A stretch of DNA of 46,103 nucleotides from an uncultured Bacilli bacterium (GTDB lineage: Bacteria > Bacillota_I > Bacilli_A > RF39 > UBA660). Of this stretch, positions 31,054 through 40,973 are shown in pieces. Both the position numbers and the translations under genes were made by a program. The stretch spans positions 1-46,103 of the forward strand of contig CANRAE010000002.1 of the NCBI GenBank assembly GCA_947628525.1, given 5' to 3'. The notes under the pieces were generated by a model. That model saw nothing but the letters and a program-made list of their open reading frames with translations. It had not been told where the DNA came from and made no database searches. Within the stretch, counting starts at the first letter, position 1. Every line of letters starts with the position of its first letter.

Positions 31054-33690
31054 ATGAAATATGTTTATTCCTTTAAAGAAGGAAATGCCGACATGCGTAA
31101 TCTTCTTGGTGGAAAAGGTGCTAATTTAGCGGAAATGACTAATTTAGGATTGCCTATACCACAAGGTTTTACTGTTACTACTGAAGCATGTACAGATTAT
31201 TATAATAACGGTAAAGAGATAAAAGAAGAAATTCAAACTGAGATTTTTGAAAATTTAAAAGAATTAGAAAAAATTCAAGGTAAAAAATTTGGGGATAATA
31301 GTGATCCTTTATTAGTGTCAGTGCGTAGTGGAGCTCGTGCTTCAATGCCTGGTATGATGGATACTATCTTAAATCTAGGATTAAATGATGAAGCAGTGGA
31401 AGGATTTGCTAAAAAAACAGGCAATCCACGTTTTGCTTATGATTCTTATCGTCGATTCATACAAATGTACTCCGATGTAGTTATGGAAGTACCTAAATCT
31501 TACTTTGAAAAAATTATTGATGAAGTAAAGGCTGAGAAAAAAGTACATTATGATACTGAACTTACGGTTGACGATTTAAAAGAATTAGTAAAAAGATTTA
31601 AACAAGTATATAAAGAAAATATGAACGGAGAAGAATTCCCACAAGATCCAAAAGAGCAATTAATGGGAGCTGTTAAAGCCGTATTCCGTTCATGGGACAA
31701 TCCAAGAGCTATTGTATATCGTCGTATGAATGATATTCCTAGTGATTGGGGAACTGCTGTCAATGTTCAAGCCATGGTATTTGGTAATATGGGTGATACA
31801 AGTGGTACAGGAGTAGCATTTACAAGAAACCCATCTACTGGGGAAAAAGGTATTTATGGTGAGTACTTAATTAATGCACAAGGAGAAGATGTTGTAGCAG
31901 GTGTTCGTACACCACAACCTATTTCTAAGTTAGAAGAAGATTTACCTGAATGCTATAAAGAATTTATGGAAATAGCTAATAAACTTGAACAACATTATCG
32001 TGATATGCAAGATATGGAATTTACTATTCAAGAAGGTAAACTTTATTTCTTACAAACACGTAATGGAAAAAGAACGGCACATGCTGCTATTCAAATTGCT
32101 TGTGATTTAGTTGATGAAGGAATGATTACAAAAGAAGAAGCTGTACTTCGTATTGAAGCTAAATCACTTGATCAATTATTACATCCAACTTTTAATGCAG
32201 AGGCTTTAAAAAATGGTGAAGTAATTGGTACAGCTCTTCCAGCATCTCCTGGGGCTGCTGCTGGTAAAGTAGTATTTTCAGCTGAGGATGCTAAACGTGA
32301 AGGTAAAGGTGGCAAAGGTGAAAGAGTTGTTCTTGTTAGACTTGAAACGACACCAGAAGATATCGAAGGTATGGTTGCCAGTCAAGGAATTTTAACTGTT
32401 CGTGGAGGAATGACATCACATGCTGCTGTTGTTGCTCGTGGTATGGGTACTTGCTGTGTATCAGGATGTGGTGAAATTAAAATTAATGAAGAAGAAAAAC
32501 ACTTTGAATTAGGTGGATATACATTCCATGAAGGAGATTATATCTCATTAGATGGAACAACTGGTAAAATTTATAAAGGAGATATTAAAACCGAAGAAGC
32601 TAGTGTAACAGGTAACTTTGGAAGAATTATGGGTTGGGCCGATGAATTTAGAAAATTAAAAGTTCGTACTAACGCTGATAATCCAAGAGATACAAGAAAA
32701 GCAGTTGAATTAGGAGCCGAAGGTATTGGTTTATGCCGTACTGAGCATATGTTCTTTGAAGAAGATAGAATTCCAAAAATAAGAAAAATGATTTTATCAG
32801 AAACTGTTGAAGCAAGAGAAGCTGCTTTAAATGAATTAATACCTTTCCAAAAAGGTGATTTCAAAAATATGTACAAAGAATTAAAAGGATTACCAATGAC
32901 AGTTCGTTATTTGGATCCACCTTTACATGAATTCTTACCAACCGCTGAAGCTGATATTGTTGCTCTTGCTAAAGATATGGGTGTAACAGTTGAACATTTA
33001 AAAGAAAAATGTGCTGAATTACATGAATTTAACCCTATGATGGGACATCGTGGATGTCGTTTAGCAGTAACATATCCAGAAATAGCTCGTATGCAAACTC
33101 GTGCTTTGATGGAAGCTGCTATTGAAGTTAGTGAAGAAGAGGGATATGATATAACTCCTGAAATAATGATCCCGTTAGTAGGAGAAAAGAAAGAATTAAA
33201 ATTTGTCAAAGATATCGTAGTAGAGACAGCTGAACAAGTTAAGAAAGAAAAGAATTCTAATATGGAATATCATATTGGTACTATGATTGAAATTCCAAGA
33301 GCTGCTTTAACGGCTGATGCGATTGCTGAGGAAGCTGAATTCTTCTCATTTGGTACTAATGATTTAACGCAAATGACATTTGGATTCTCAAGAGATGATG
33401 CTGGTAAATTCTTAGATGCTTATTATCAAAACAAAATTTATGAATCAGATCCATTTGCTAAGTTAGATCAAACAGGTGTTGGTCAATTAATTAAAATGGC
33501 TGCTGAAAAAGGTAGAAGTACAAGACCTAATATTAAATTAGGAATATGTGGTGAACATGGTGGAGAACCATCAAGTGTTGAATTCTGCCATCAAGTAGGA
33601 TTAAACTATGTTTCTTGTAGTCCATTTAGAGTACCAATAGCTCGCCTTGCTGCTGCGCAAGCTGCAATCAAAGAAAAACAAGATAAATAA
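31054..33690 (+). CDS. ppdK: Pyruvate, phosphate dikinase
   Basis: 878 aa. Contains LLGGKGANLAEM, the phospho-His motif GGMTSHAAVVARGMG, GLCRTEHMF, the PEP-utilising TIM-barrel FFSFGTNDLTQ, and CGEHGG.P.S. Confidence 0.97.
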   Translation: MKYVYSFKEGNADMRNLLGGKGANLAEMTNLGLPIPQGFTVTTEACTDYYNNGKEIKEEIQTEIFENLKELEKIQGKKFGDNSDPLLVSVRSGARASMPGMMDTILNLGLNDEAVEGFAKKTGNPRFAYDSYRRFIQMYSDVVMEVPKSYFEKIIDEVKAEKKVHYDTELTVDDLKELVKRFKQVYKENMNGEEFPQDPKEQLMGAVKAVFRSWDNPRAIVYRRMNDIPSDWGTAVNVQAMVFGNMGDTSGTGVAFTRNPSTGEKGIYGEYLINAQGEDVVAGVRTPQPISKLEEDLPECYKEFMEIANKLEQHYRDMQDMEFTIQEGKLYFLQTRNGKRTAHAAIQIACDLVDEGMITKEEAVLRIEAKSLDQLLHPTFNAEALKNGEVIGTALPASPGAAAGKVVFSAEDAKREGKGGKGERVVLVRLETTPEDIEGMVASQGILTVRGGMTSHAAVVARGMGTCCVSGCGEIKINEEEKHFELGGYTFHEGDYISLDGTTGKIYKGDIKTEEASVTGNFGRIMGWADEFRKLKVRTNADNPRDTRKAVELGAEGIGLCRTEHMFFEEDRIPKIRKMILSETVEAREAALNELIPFQKGDFKNMYKELKGLPMTVRYLDPPLHEFLPTAEADIVALAKDMGVTVEHLKEKCAELHEFNPMMGHRGCRLAVTYPEIARMQTRALMEAAIEVSEEEGYDITPEIMIPLVGEKKELKFVKDIVVETAEQVKKEKNSNMEYHIGTMIEIPRAALTADAIAEEAEFFSFGTNDLTQMTFGFSRDDAGKFLDAYYQNKIYESDPFAKLDQTGVGQLIKMAAEKGRSTRPNIKLGICGEHGGEPSSVEFCHQVGLNYVSCSPFRVPIARLAAAQAAIKEKQDK

Positions 33691-33699
33691 TAAATAATT

Positions 33700-33723
33700 A
33701 AAGACTAAGTTTAGTCTTTTTTA
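33700..33723 (+). terminator. Rho-independent terminator after ppdK
   Basis: AAAGACTAA-GT-TTAGTCTTT followed by a T run. Confidence 0.75.
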
Positions 33724-33898
33724 TTATAGATTTTAAGAAAAGAATAAAGATTTATTTATATAACTGTAAAATAGTATCAACCACATAATAAATTTTAACT
33801 AAATATATTTTTTTAAGAATTTTTGTTTGATAAAATAATAGTGTAAAAATATATATGATAAATAGTTAAAAATAGATATTATAATGAGGTGATCACTA

Positions 33899-36800
33899 AT
33901 GAAAAATACTTTAAAAAGAATTGTATGTACGGTTATTATTACTGGCTTTGCTTTGATTTTGTTAAAGCCTTTTGTTAATTATTCCATAGTAGCATATGCT
34001 ATTTCGCGTGAAGACAGTTATATTTATTTAACGGATCTATGGGATAGTAATAAATTATTAACCAAAGAAAGTAGTTGGAAAGATGCCAGGGCTCTTCGAA
34101 TCAATCAAAATGAACCAGGTGATCTCATTTCTCTTAATATCGAAGGACAACAAAAATATTTTTTGAATGGATTATTTGCTCATGCTCGAAGTACTTTGAT
34201 TTTTGATATAAGTGAATATACGCAAAAAGGTTTCGATACTTTCTCTTCTTATATAGGAGTAGATACTTATGCCAAAGCTAATGGGAATGGGGTACAGTTT
34301 ACTATTTCAGCATCAGTTGATAATAAACAATGGGTTGTATTAGAACAGCCAACGACTATTTTTAAAGGTAATACTGATGCCAAAGAAATTATCGTTCCTA
34401 TTGAAGGATATAATTATTTAAAACTATATGTTAGTGAAATTAACAATAATAATAGTAGTGATCATGCGGTATATGCTAATGCAATGCTATTTGATAAAGA
34501 TAAATATACACCAAGAACTGATACAAAAGTTAGTTGGATTAGTGATTTAAATACCTATGATGAAGAATTAAAAAAATATAGCGATCTTACCATTTTAAGC
34601 CATGATGATTTAGAAATGAAATTATTACAAAGAACACTTGTGAAACGAATGGGGTACCAAATTATTCAAGCTTATGCCACAAGTGATGATGCAAATAAAG
34701 TTGAGACATTACATTGGCTATTTACTGATAAAGAACGTTTAAAAACTTATATTACTGGTGGTGAGCCATTAGGTAACTATGTTAATTCTTTGAATGTTTT
34801 AACGAAATTGTATCAATCACACAAAGATGATTTAGTTAATGATAAATATACTCCTAAACAACGTGAAGTTTTTTTCAAAATGATGGTTGCTATTTCTCTA
34901 ACACATTCAGGAACGGTTGCATTATGGACTACTGGTGCTAACAATACTTTGGTAGTATCTGATCCAGTCAAACGTTATGAAGCTTTTAAAAATTTATATG
35001 TTGAAGAGAATTTACCGATAAAATATGAACAAACTTTTGCTGCGGATACTTTTGAGTCATTAACGGTTGAAGAAATGCGTTGGGTTGTTGATGCTCGTTT
35101 GAGTGATGAAGAAATTCCTTGGTTAAATTGGTATAGCAGTCATTTAGAAAATACTAAATATAGTGGTCGTAATGGTATGGATCCTTATACTTATATTTGG
35201 TATGATGATAGTTTTGATTGGCGTTACACTGATCCTAAATATTATGAAGCTAATTCGACGTATTGTTCGCCGGATATAAAAAATAAATTTGTAGCTGGAT
35301 ACGAACGTGGTGCAAGTTGTAATGATATATATAAACTTGATGTATGGGGTATAGTAAGCAATACTCCAACTAAGCCAAGATTATGGGCTATTTGGGAAGA
35401 AGATGGGGTATGTGGAGCTATCTCTAAGACTGGTGAAAATCTTAATAATGCTTATGGGAAAGTAGCAGCCGTAACAAGGCAACCAGCTCATGCAGCATAC
35501 TTGATTCAGACTAAAACTAAAAACGAAGATGGGACTTATATATCTACTTGGAGCATTGGTAATGATGTCCGTGGTTGGGCTTTATCTAGTGGTACCGAAA
35601 AAGGGGAAAGGCTTCCTTTGAATTGGGGAACGACAACTAATGATTATGCCTCAAATTATAATGGCAGTTATGTCATTTTAGCACAACGTGCACTAGATGA
35701 CTTCGCTTCTTATCAAAAAGCTTTAGAATATACTTTTATTGCTGATATGTATGAAGAAGATTTAATGAAGCAACGTGAAATATATCGCCAAATTGTTGGT
35801 ATAGCTCTTACCCAAGAAAGTACTACTGTTAAAAATGAAGGTGGTATACAATATTTTAATTTAGATGGATGGTATGGCTTAATTCAAACTTATTTAAAAG
35901 ATGATCATATGACATCATTAGATTATTACAAATTAAGTTATGAAATTATGGCTAACTTAGATGAGTTTCCATTAGCTATGAATGATATGTTAAATCTTAT
36001 TAATGCTAAACTTAATGATCATCATAAATTTGTAATTGATAGTGCTTATTACAAAATATTAACTGAATTATCCAAAGTACCAAATAATAGTGATAAATAT
36101 TTACAAGGACAAGCAGTTAGACAAGTTGCTCAATATTTACTTGGTAATAAAGAAGAAAATGTTAAATTCTCATTTAGTGGGGAGAATGCTAATAAAATAG
36201 TATTAGCTACCGCTCAGCCTTTTGAATATTCGCTAAATTATTCATATAATCCTGAAACAAAAGAAGTATTTGGTGATTGGATTCAAGTAACTGAGGGCAA
36301 TATGGCAGATTTAACCAATCAATTAAATCAAATTAATGCCACTAATGATATAGTTGTTCATATTCTTGGTGATGGCAATAGAGAACCTACTAGTAATAGC
36401 GTTATAACCATTAATATTGAAAAAGGAATAACGCCAAAGAATTTATATGCTAATGATTTAGAAAATCAAGTAATAGGTACTACTTCCAATATGGAATGGC
36501 AAATAATTAGTGAAGATAATAAGAGTGTTAGTAATAATAAATGGATAAAGTTTCAAGAAAAATTACCTGATTTATCAAAAATGGCAACCGTTTTAGTTCG
36601 TGATGGGGCTCACGATACTTATTTACCAAGTGATTATGTGGCATTATCATTTGAAGAGGCTGATGAAGTTGATTTAACTAAGGTTTATGTTCCTATTTCT
36701 CGTCTTAAAGTTACTGCTTCTTCAAGGCAAAATAATAATGAACATGAACTAAAAGCTATTGATGGTAACGCTAATACTTATTGGCATAATTTATGGAGTG

Positions 36801-38641
36801 GTGCTGATCAGGATAAATGGATTCAATTAGAAATTACTGATGAAGATCCTATATCACTTTCCAAAATTGAATATATGCCAAGGCAAGATTCAGGAACCAA
36901 TGGTATTTTTACCAAAGTTAAATTAGAAGTTAGTTTAACTGGTGAAAAAGATAGTTGGACGACCGTAGATGACAATATTATTTGGGCTAAGGATAAATCA
37001 ACTAAGACTTATATTTTAGATACACCAACGTTAGCTAAATATGTAAGATTAACAGCGATTGAATCGGCTGGTAATTTTGCATCAGCAGCAATGATTAATT
37101 TATTTGAAAATACAACTACTAGAATCTCTGTTAATGATTTAGCAGTAAGTTATGTAAAAAGTGGCTTTATTTATGATGGAATGGCTAAGGAACCAGAGGT
37201 TACTGTTAGATACAATAATCAATTATTAATTTTAAATGAGGATTATAAAATAGAATATTTGCATAATATTAATGCTGGTATGGCCCAAATATCGCTTAAA
37301 GGTATGGGCAAATATACTGGTAAAAAAGAGTTTGAATTTAAAATAGATAAAGCTTTACAACCATTAGAAGTACCAGCCAAAGAAATGTTTGTAGATTCTA
37401 GTGTTACGCATTTGATATATGTTCCTTTACCAGAAGACTGGTGGTGGGAAGATTATGAATTTCCATTGCAACCTGGAAAAACAGTTAATGTTAAAGCGAT
37501 ATATTATGGTGATGATCGCAATAATTATGAAATAACAGAAACCATGGTTGCTATAACTCAAAGTAAGGGTAATAGTCCCCAAGTACAAATTGCTGATAAG
37601 GCTAAACTTTCCTTTGATATTGCAACCGAAGATGCTATTAATTATGATTATTTTAAAAATTTACTTATAATTTCTGATCTTGAAGATGACCAAAAGCAAA
37701 AAGAATTAACCGTTACTTTAAATCAAGAATTAACTAATTGGGATGGTTTCACTTGGAATCATATAGGAACATTTTGTGTAGGATACACAATTACTGATAG
37801 TGATGAAAATAAGGTTGATTATACAATTGTATTTACTTTGTTTAATTCAAAAATACCTTCTGTTGAAATTAATGAAGAAAATTTTGCGGTTGATATAAAA
37901 GAAGCAATTTATAATGGTAGTGCACTTACACCTAAAATTACAATTCGTGATGCATATCATCATATTTTGACTGAGGATATTGATTATGAAATTGTAAGCT
38001 ATAAAAACAATATAAATGCTGGATTTGCTAGTGTAACGATTAAAGGTATAGGTCTTTATTCTAAGGAGATGACCATTAATTTTAAAATAGCAAAAGCTAG
38101 TGTTCCTAGTGAAAAAATTAATGATACAATGACTGTATCTTATGAGACCTCAACATTAAATGATATATCTTTACCTGTTGGTTGGGTTTGGGATAATACT
38201 TCTACTAAACTTCAAGAAGGAGAAAATAAAGTTAAAATTATTTTTGTGGGTGATCAAAATCACGAAAGATATGAAATGGAAATAGTAGTAGTAAGAGAAC
38301 AAATGAAGAACACTAAACAAAGTAAATATCAGCCAGATCTTACTAATCCTAGTAATGAGCTAGATCCAAAAGAAAGTTCTAATTCTAATGATATGCCAAA
38401 TAATAACGATGAATTAGATGAACAAGAAATAGATTTAACCAAGGATGATGAGGTTTTAGATGATAATCAAGAACAATCTAGATTAGATGATTCTAGCCAA
38501 CTAGATAGCAATACAGTAGTAAAAAAAGATAGTAGTTCGCATCAAGTTTATTATTTATATATTATTTTCTTTGTAGCTGTTATTTTATTGATTATATTGA
38601 TATTAAAATTAAAAAGTATAAAAAGTAAAAATAATATTTAA
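33899..38641 (+). CDS. Large cell-surface protein: signal peptide, NPCBM-like module, unknown core, F5/8 type C (discoidin) domain, Ig-like repeats, C-terminal TM anchor
   Basis: NPCBM-like: IYLTDLW...NGLFAHARSTLIFDI...FSSYIGVD...GVQFTI...DHAVYANAML. Discoidin: VTASSRQ...AIDGNANTYWHN...WIQLEI...IEYMPRQD. Two repeats of YDGMAKEPEVTV...NINAGMAQISLKGMGKYTG..EFEFKI type. The C-terminus has an acidic low-complexity linker, then VYYLYIIFFVAVILLIILIL plus KLKSIKSK. No LPXTG. Confidence 0.85.
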   Translation: MKNTLKRIVCTVIITGFALILLKPFVNYSIVAYAISREDSYIYLTDLWDSNKLLTKESSWKDARALRINQNEPGDLISLNIEGQQKYFLNGLFAHARSTLIFDISEYTQKGFDTFSSYIGVDTYAKANGNGVQFTISASVDNKQWVVLEQPTTIFKGNTDAKEIIVPIEGYNYLKLYVSEINNNNSSDHAVYANAMLFDKDKYTPRTDTKVSWISDLNTYDEELKKYSDLTILSHDDLEMKLLQRTLVKRMGYQIIQAYATSDDANKVETLHWLFTDKERLKTYITGGEPLGNYVNSLNVLTKLYQSHKDDLVNDKYTPKQREVFFKMMVAISLTHSGTVALWTTGANNTLVVSDPVKRYEAFKNLYVEENLPIKYEQTFAADTFESLTVEEMRWVVDARLSDEEIPWLNWYSSHLENTKYSGRNGMDPYTYIWYDDSFDWRYTDPKYYEANSTYCSPDIKNKFVAGYERGASCNDIYKLDVWGIVSNTPTKPRLWAIWEEDGVCGAISKTGENLNNAYGKVAAVTRQPAHAAYLIQTKTKNEDGTYISTWSIGNDVRGWALSSGTEKGERLPLNWGTTTNDYASNYNGSYVILAQRALDDFASYQKALEYTFIADMYEEDLMKQREIYRQIVGIALTQESTTVKNEGGIQYFNLDGWYGLIQTYLKDDHMTSLDYYKLSYEIMANLDEFPLAMNDMLNLINAKLNDHHKFVIDSAYYKILTELSKVPNNSDKYLQGQAVRQVAQYLLGNKEENVKFSFSGENANKIVLATAQPFEYSLNYSYNPETKEVFGDWIQVTEGNMADLTNQLNQINATNDIVVHILGDGNREPTSNSVITINIEKGITPKNLYANDLENQVIGTTSNMEWQIISEDNKSVSNNKWIKFQEKLPDLSKMATVLVRDGAHDTYLPSDYVALSFEEADEVDLTKVYVPISRLKVTASSRQNNNEHELKAIDGNANTYWHNLWSGADQDKWIQLEITDEDPISLSKIEYMPRQDSGTNGIFTKVKLEVSLTGEKDSWTTVDDNIIWAKDKSTKTYILDTPTLAKYVRLTAIESAGNFASAAMINLFENTTTRISVNDLAVSYVKSGFIYDGMAKEPEVTVRYNNQLLILNEDYKIEYLHNINAGMAQISLKGMGKYTGKKEFEFKIDKALQPLEVPAKEMFVDSSVTHLIYVPLPEDWWWEDYEFPLQPGKTVNVKAIYYGDDRNNYEITETMVAITQSKGNSPQVQIADKAKLSFDIATEDAINYDYFKNLLIISDLEDDQKQKELTVTLNQELTNWDGFTWNHIGTFCVGYTITDSDENKVDYTIVFTLFNSKIPSVEINEENFAVDIKEAIYNGSALTPKITIRDAYHHILTEDIDYEIVSYKNNINAGFASVTIKGIGLYSKEMTINFKIAKASVPSEKINDTMTVSYETSTLNDISLPVGWVWDNTSTKLQEGENKVKIIFVGDQNHERYEMEIVVVREQMKNTKQSKYQPDLTNPSNELDPKESSNSNDMPNNNDELDEQEIDLTKDDEVLDDNQEQSRLDDSSQLDSNTVVKKDSSSHQVYYLYIIFFVAVILLIILILKLKSIKSKNNI

Positions 38642-38768
38642 TAATTAAAAGACGGTAATGAAAACAAATAATTTCATTCAGTTCTTTTTTTTATTTATAA
38701 ATCATTTTGTTTTTCTTGCTCTTATTCCATTTAAATGATAAAATTTAAATAAAGTAGAGTGGTGAGAT

Positions 38769-39713
38769 ATGAAATTAAAAAAGAATAAAAAAGAAATAGA
38801 AGTATTAGAATTAGATGATGACTCTAATATTTCCAAAAAAGACAATAAGAAAAAAGAGTCAAAGAAAAATAAAAAACAATTAAAAAAAGAAAAGAAAGTT
38901 GCTAAAAAGCAAAAACGCCAAGATAAAAAGGCTTTAAAAAAAGCTCAAAAAGGTAAAAAAAATACGGGCTCAATTATTGTTATTATTATTTCCATTATTT
39001 TTATTATCTTAGGAATTTTATTATCATTAATTGGTGGCGGAGTAATTACGATTGATTTTGAGCGTAAGCCTAAGTTATATCCACTTAATGAAAAGGTACA
39101 TATAGGTGATTATGTGGAATATAATGCAGGGGTATGGGATAAGAGTGTTAATGTTCCTAATCGGCAAGTAGCTTATACTTTTGGTGGTTATACTGAAAAC
39201 GCATCAAGAAATAATAGTGTTAATTGTGGTTATAATGATGTTACTATGTCTGGTTGGCGTGTTTTTAAAATAGAAGATAATAGTGTTATTTTAATTCAAG
39301 ATGGCTTATCAATGTGTTACTATCATGGTTATGGAGCTGGAAATACTGATCGTAGTTTAAAAATATTAAGTGGTCAAGATGAGAATTTTAATTTTGATTA
39401 TTATTTGGATAATCAATTTGCCGAGAGTGTTAAAATTTTATCCAAGGAGGATATTGATTCATATTATGGCAGTGATACTAGTTATAAAAAAATTACCGAT
39501 GATTTAATTAAAGTAGGTAATCCATATTGGTTAGCTAGTAAAAATAATACTTATAATATGTGGTATGTTACAGAAGGTGGAACAGTTGCCTCTAATCAAG
39601 TTGGTGTATACGGTGTTCGTATGTTAATTAAACTAAAAAACACAGTCAAAACCATAGGACAAAATGATGATCAAGTATGGATCTTAACAAATGATATGAC
39701 AAGTAAAGATTAA
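38769..39713 (+). CDS. Membrane-anchored protein with a Lys-rich cytoplasmic tail and an extracellular domain (DUF6273-like C-terminus)
   Basis: Residues 1-65 are extremely K-rich, followed by one TM (SIIVIIISIIFIILGILLSLIGGG). The C-terminal PYWLASKN...VGVYGVRMLIKL resembles the YWL.S...GVRP motif of a common Firmicute surface domain; this is from memory. Confidence 0.6.
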   Translation: MKLKKNKKEIEVLELDDDSNISKKDNKKKESKKNKKQLKKEKKVAKKQKRQDKKALKKAQKGKKNTGSIIVIIISIIFIILGILLSLIGGGVITIDFERKPKLYPLNEKVHIGDYVEYNAGVWDKSVNVPNRQVAYTFGGYTENASRNNSVNCGYNDVTMSGWRVFKIEDNSVILIQDGLSMCYYHGYGAGNTDRSLKILSGQDENFNFDYYLDNQFAESVKILSKEDIDSYYGSDTSYKKITDDLIKVGNPYWLASKNNTYNMWYVTEGGTVASNQVGVYGVRMLIKLKNTVKTIGQNDDQVWILTNDMTSKD

Positions 39714-39776
39714 TTTATAAAAAAAGACTTTAAAACTTATAGTTCATTTGCTATAATTATATAAAGGTGATAAGGT

Positions 39777-40688
39777 ATGAAAGCAATATGTATTGGTCAA
39801 GCTGCTTATGATATTACGTTGCCGTTAGATCACTTTCCAATTGAGAATAAAAAGACAAGGTCAAGTGATAAAATAGAGTGTATAGGAGGTAGTGCTTGTA
39901 ATTGCGCTTATTTGCTAGCAAAATGGGGAGTAGAAACATATTTTGCTGGGGTTGTTGGAGATGATTATTATGGTGATATGATTCAACAAGAATTAGACAA
40001 AATTGGTATTAATACCAAATATTTGGAAAAAAAACCATGTCGTACGACATCAAGTTACATTTTGGTAAATACAACTATTGGTAGTAGGACAATTGTTACT
40101 AATCGTGATCATGAATTAAAACTTGATAATATGGAAGTAACGGAGAAGTTTGATGTTATTTTACTTGATGGTTATGAACGTGAGTTTGCTGAACAAGTTA
40201 TAAAAAATAATCCCGAAGCCATAAAAATCATTGATGCGGGATCTTTAAAAGAAGCAACGATTGAACTTGCTAAACAAGTAGATTATGTAGCATGTTCCAA
40301 AGATTTTGCCGAAGAGTTTACGCAAAGAAAAGTGGATTTTAACAACTTGCCATCGTTAATTGTAATCTATAATATTTTGCAAAAAAACTTTAATAATAAA
40401 ATTATAATTACGCTCGAAGACAAAGGATGCTTTGTTTATGATAATGGTTATAAAATTGTGCCAACGCTTAAAATGAAAGCTATTGATACTACGGGTGCGG
40501 GGGATATCTTTCATGGAGCGTTTACGTATGCTATTGCCAATAATTATGACATGATCAAAACCTTGCAAATAGCTAATATTTCAGGAGCTTTGTCAGTTAC
40601 CAGAATAGGTGGGCAATATTCTATTCCTACGTTAGAAGAAGTTATGAGAAGATATGATAAGTGTGTGGGGTCAAGAAAATCTTCCTAA
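39777..40688 (+). CDS. PfkB-family carbohydrate kinase (ribokinase-like)
   Basis: GGSACNCAYLLAKWG (GG motif) and DTTGAGDIFHGAFTYA (the PfkB signature 2 / anion hole). Confidence 0.85.
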   Translation: MKAICIGQAAYDITLPLDHFPIENKKTRSSDKIECIGGSACNCAYLLAKWGVETYFAGVVGDDYYGDMIQQELDKIGINTKYLEKKPCRTTSSYILVNTTIGSRTIVTNRDHELKLDNMEVTEKFDVILLDGYEREFAEQVIKNNPEAIKIIDAGSLKEATIELAKQVDYVACSKDFAEEFTQRKVDFNNLPSLIVIYNILQKNFNNKIIITLEDKGCFVYDNGYKIVPTLKMKAIDTTGAGDIFHGAFTYAIANNYDMIKTLQIANISGALSVTRIGGQYSIPTLEEVMRRYDKCVGSRKSS

Positions 40689-40971
40689 ATTAGATTTGCA
40701 TGGTGAAAATCGAGAAATAACGCGCATTCTTGTTAAAAATTTTTTGGAAGATAATTATAAATTAGGTAACATGACAATATTGATTGTTCATGGAATAGGT
40801 GAAGGAATATTAAAAAAGGAAGTGCATAAAGTGCTAAGAAATGACAAAAAAGTAAAGGAGTATGGATTGGATATGTTTAATCCGGGATGTACAGTTGTCA
40901 AGTTAACGAGTAAGCTTGACATAACGAGCAAAAAATGCTATAATATGCAACATAACGTTAAGGGGGAATAA
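40654..40971 (+). CDS. Smr (small MutS-related) domain protein
   Basis: KLDLHGENREITRILVKNFLE...ILIVHGIGEGILKKEVHKVL is the Smr domain pattern (LDLHG ... HG.G.G.L). It overlaps pfkB by 35 nt; a start at GTG 40663 is also possible. Confidence 0.8.
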   Translation: MISVWGQENLPKLDLHGENREITRILVKNFLEDNYKLGNMTILIVHGIGEGILKKEVHKVLRNDKKVKEYGLDMFNPGCTVVKLTSKLDITSKKCYNMQHNVKGE

Positions 40972-40973
40972 TA

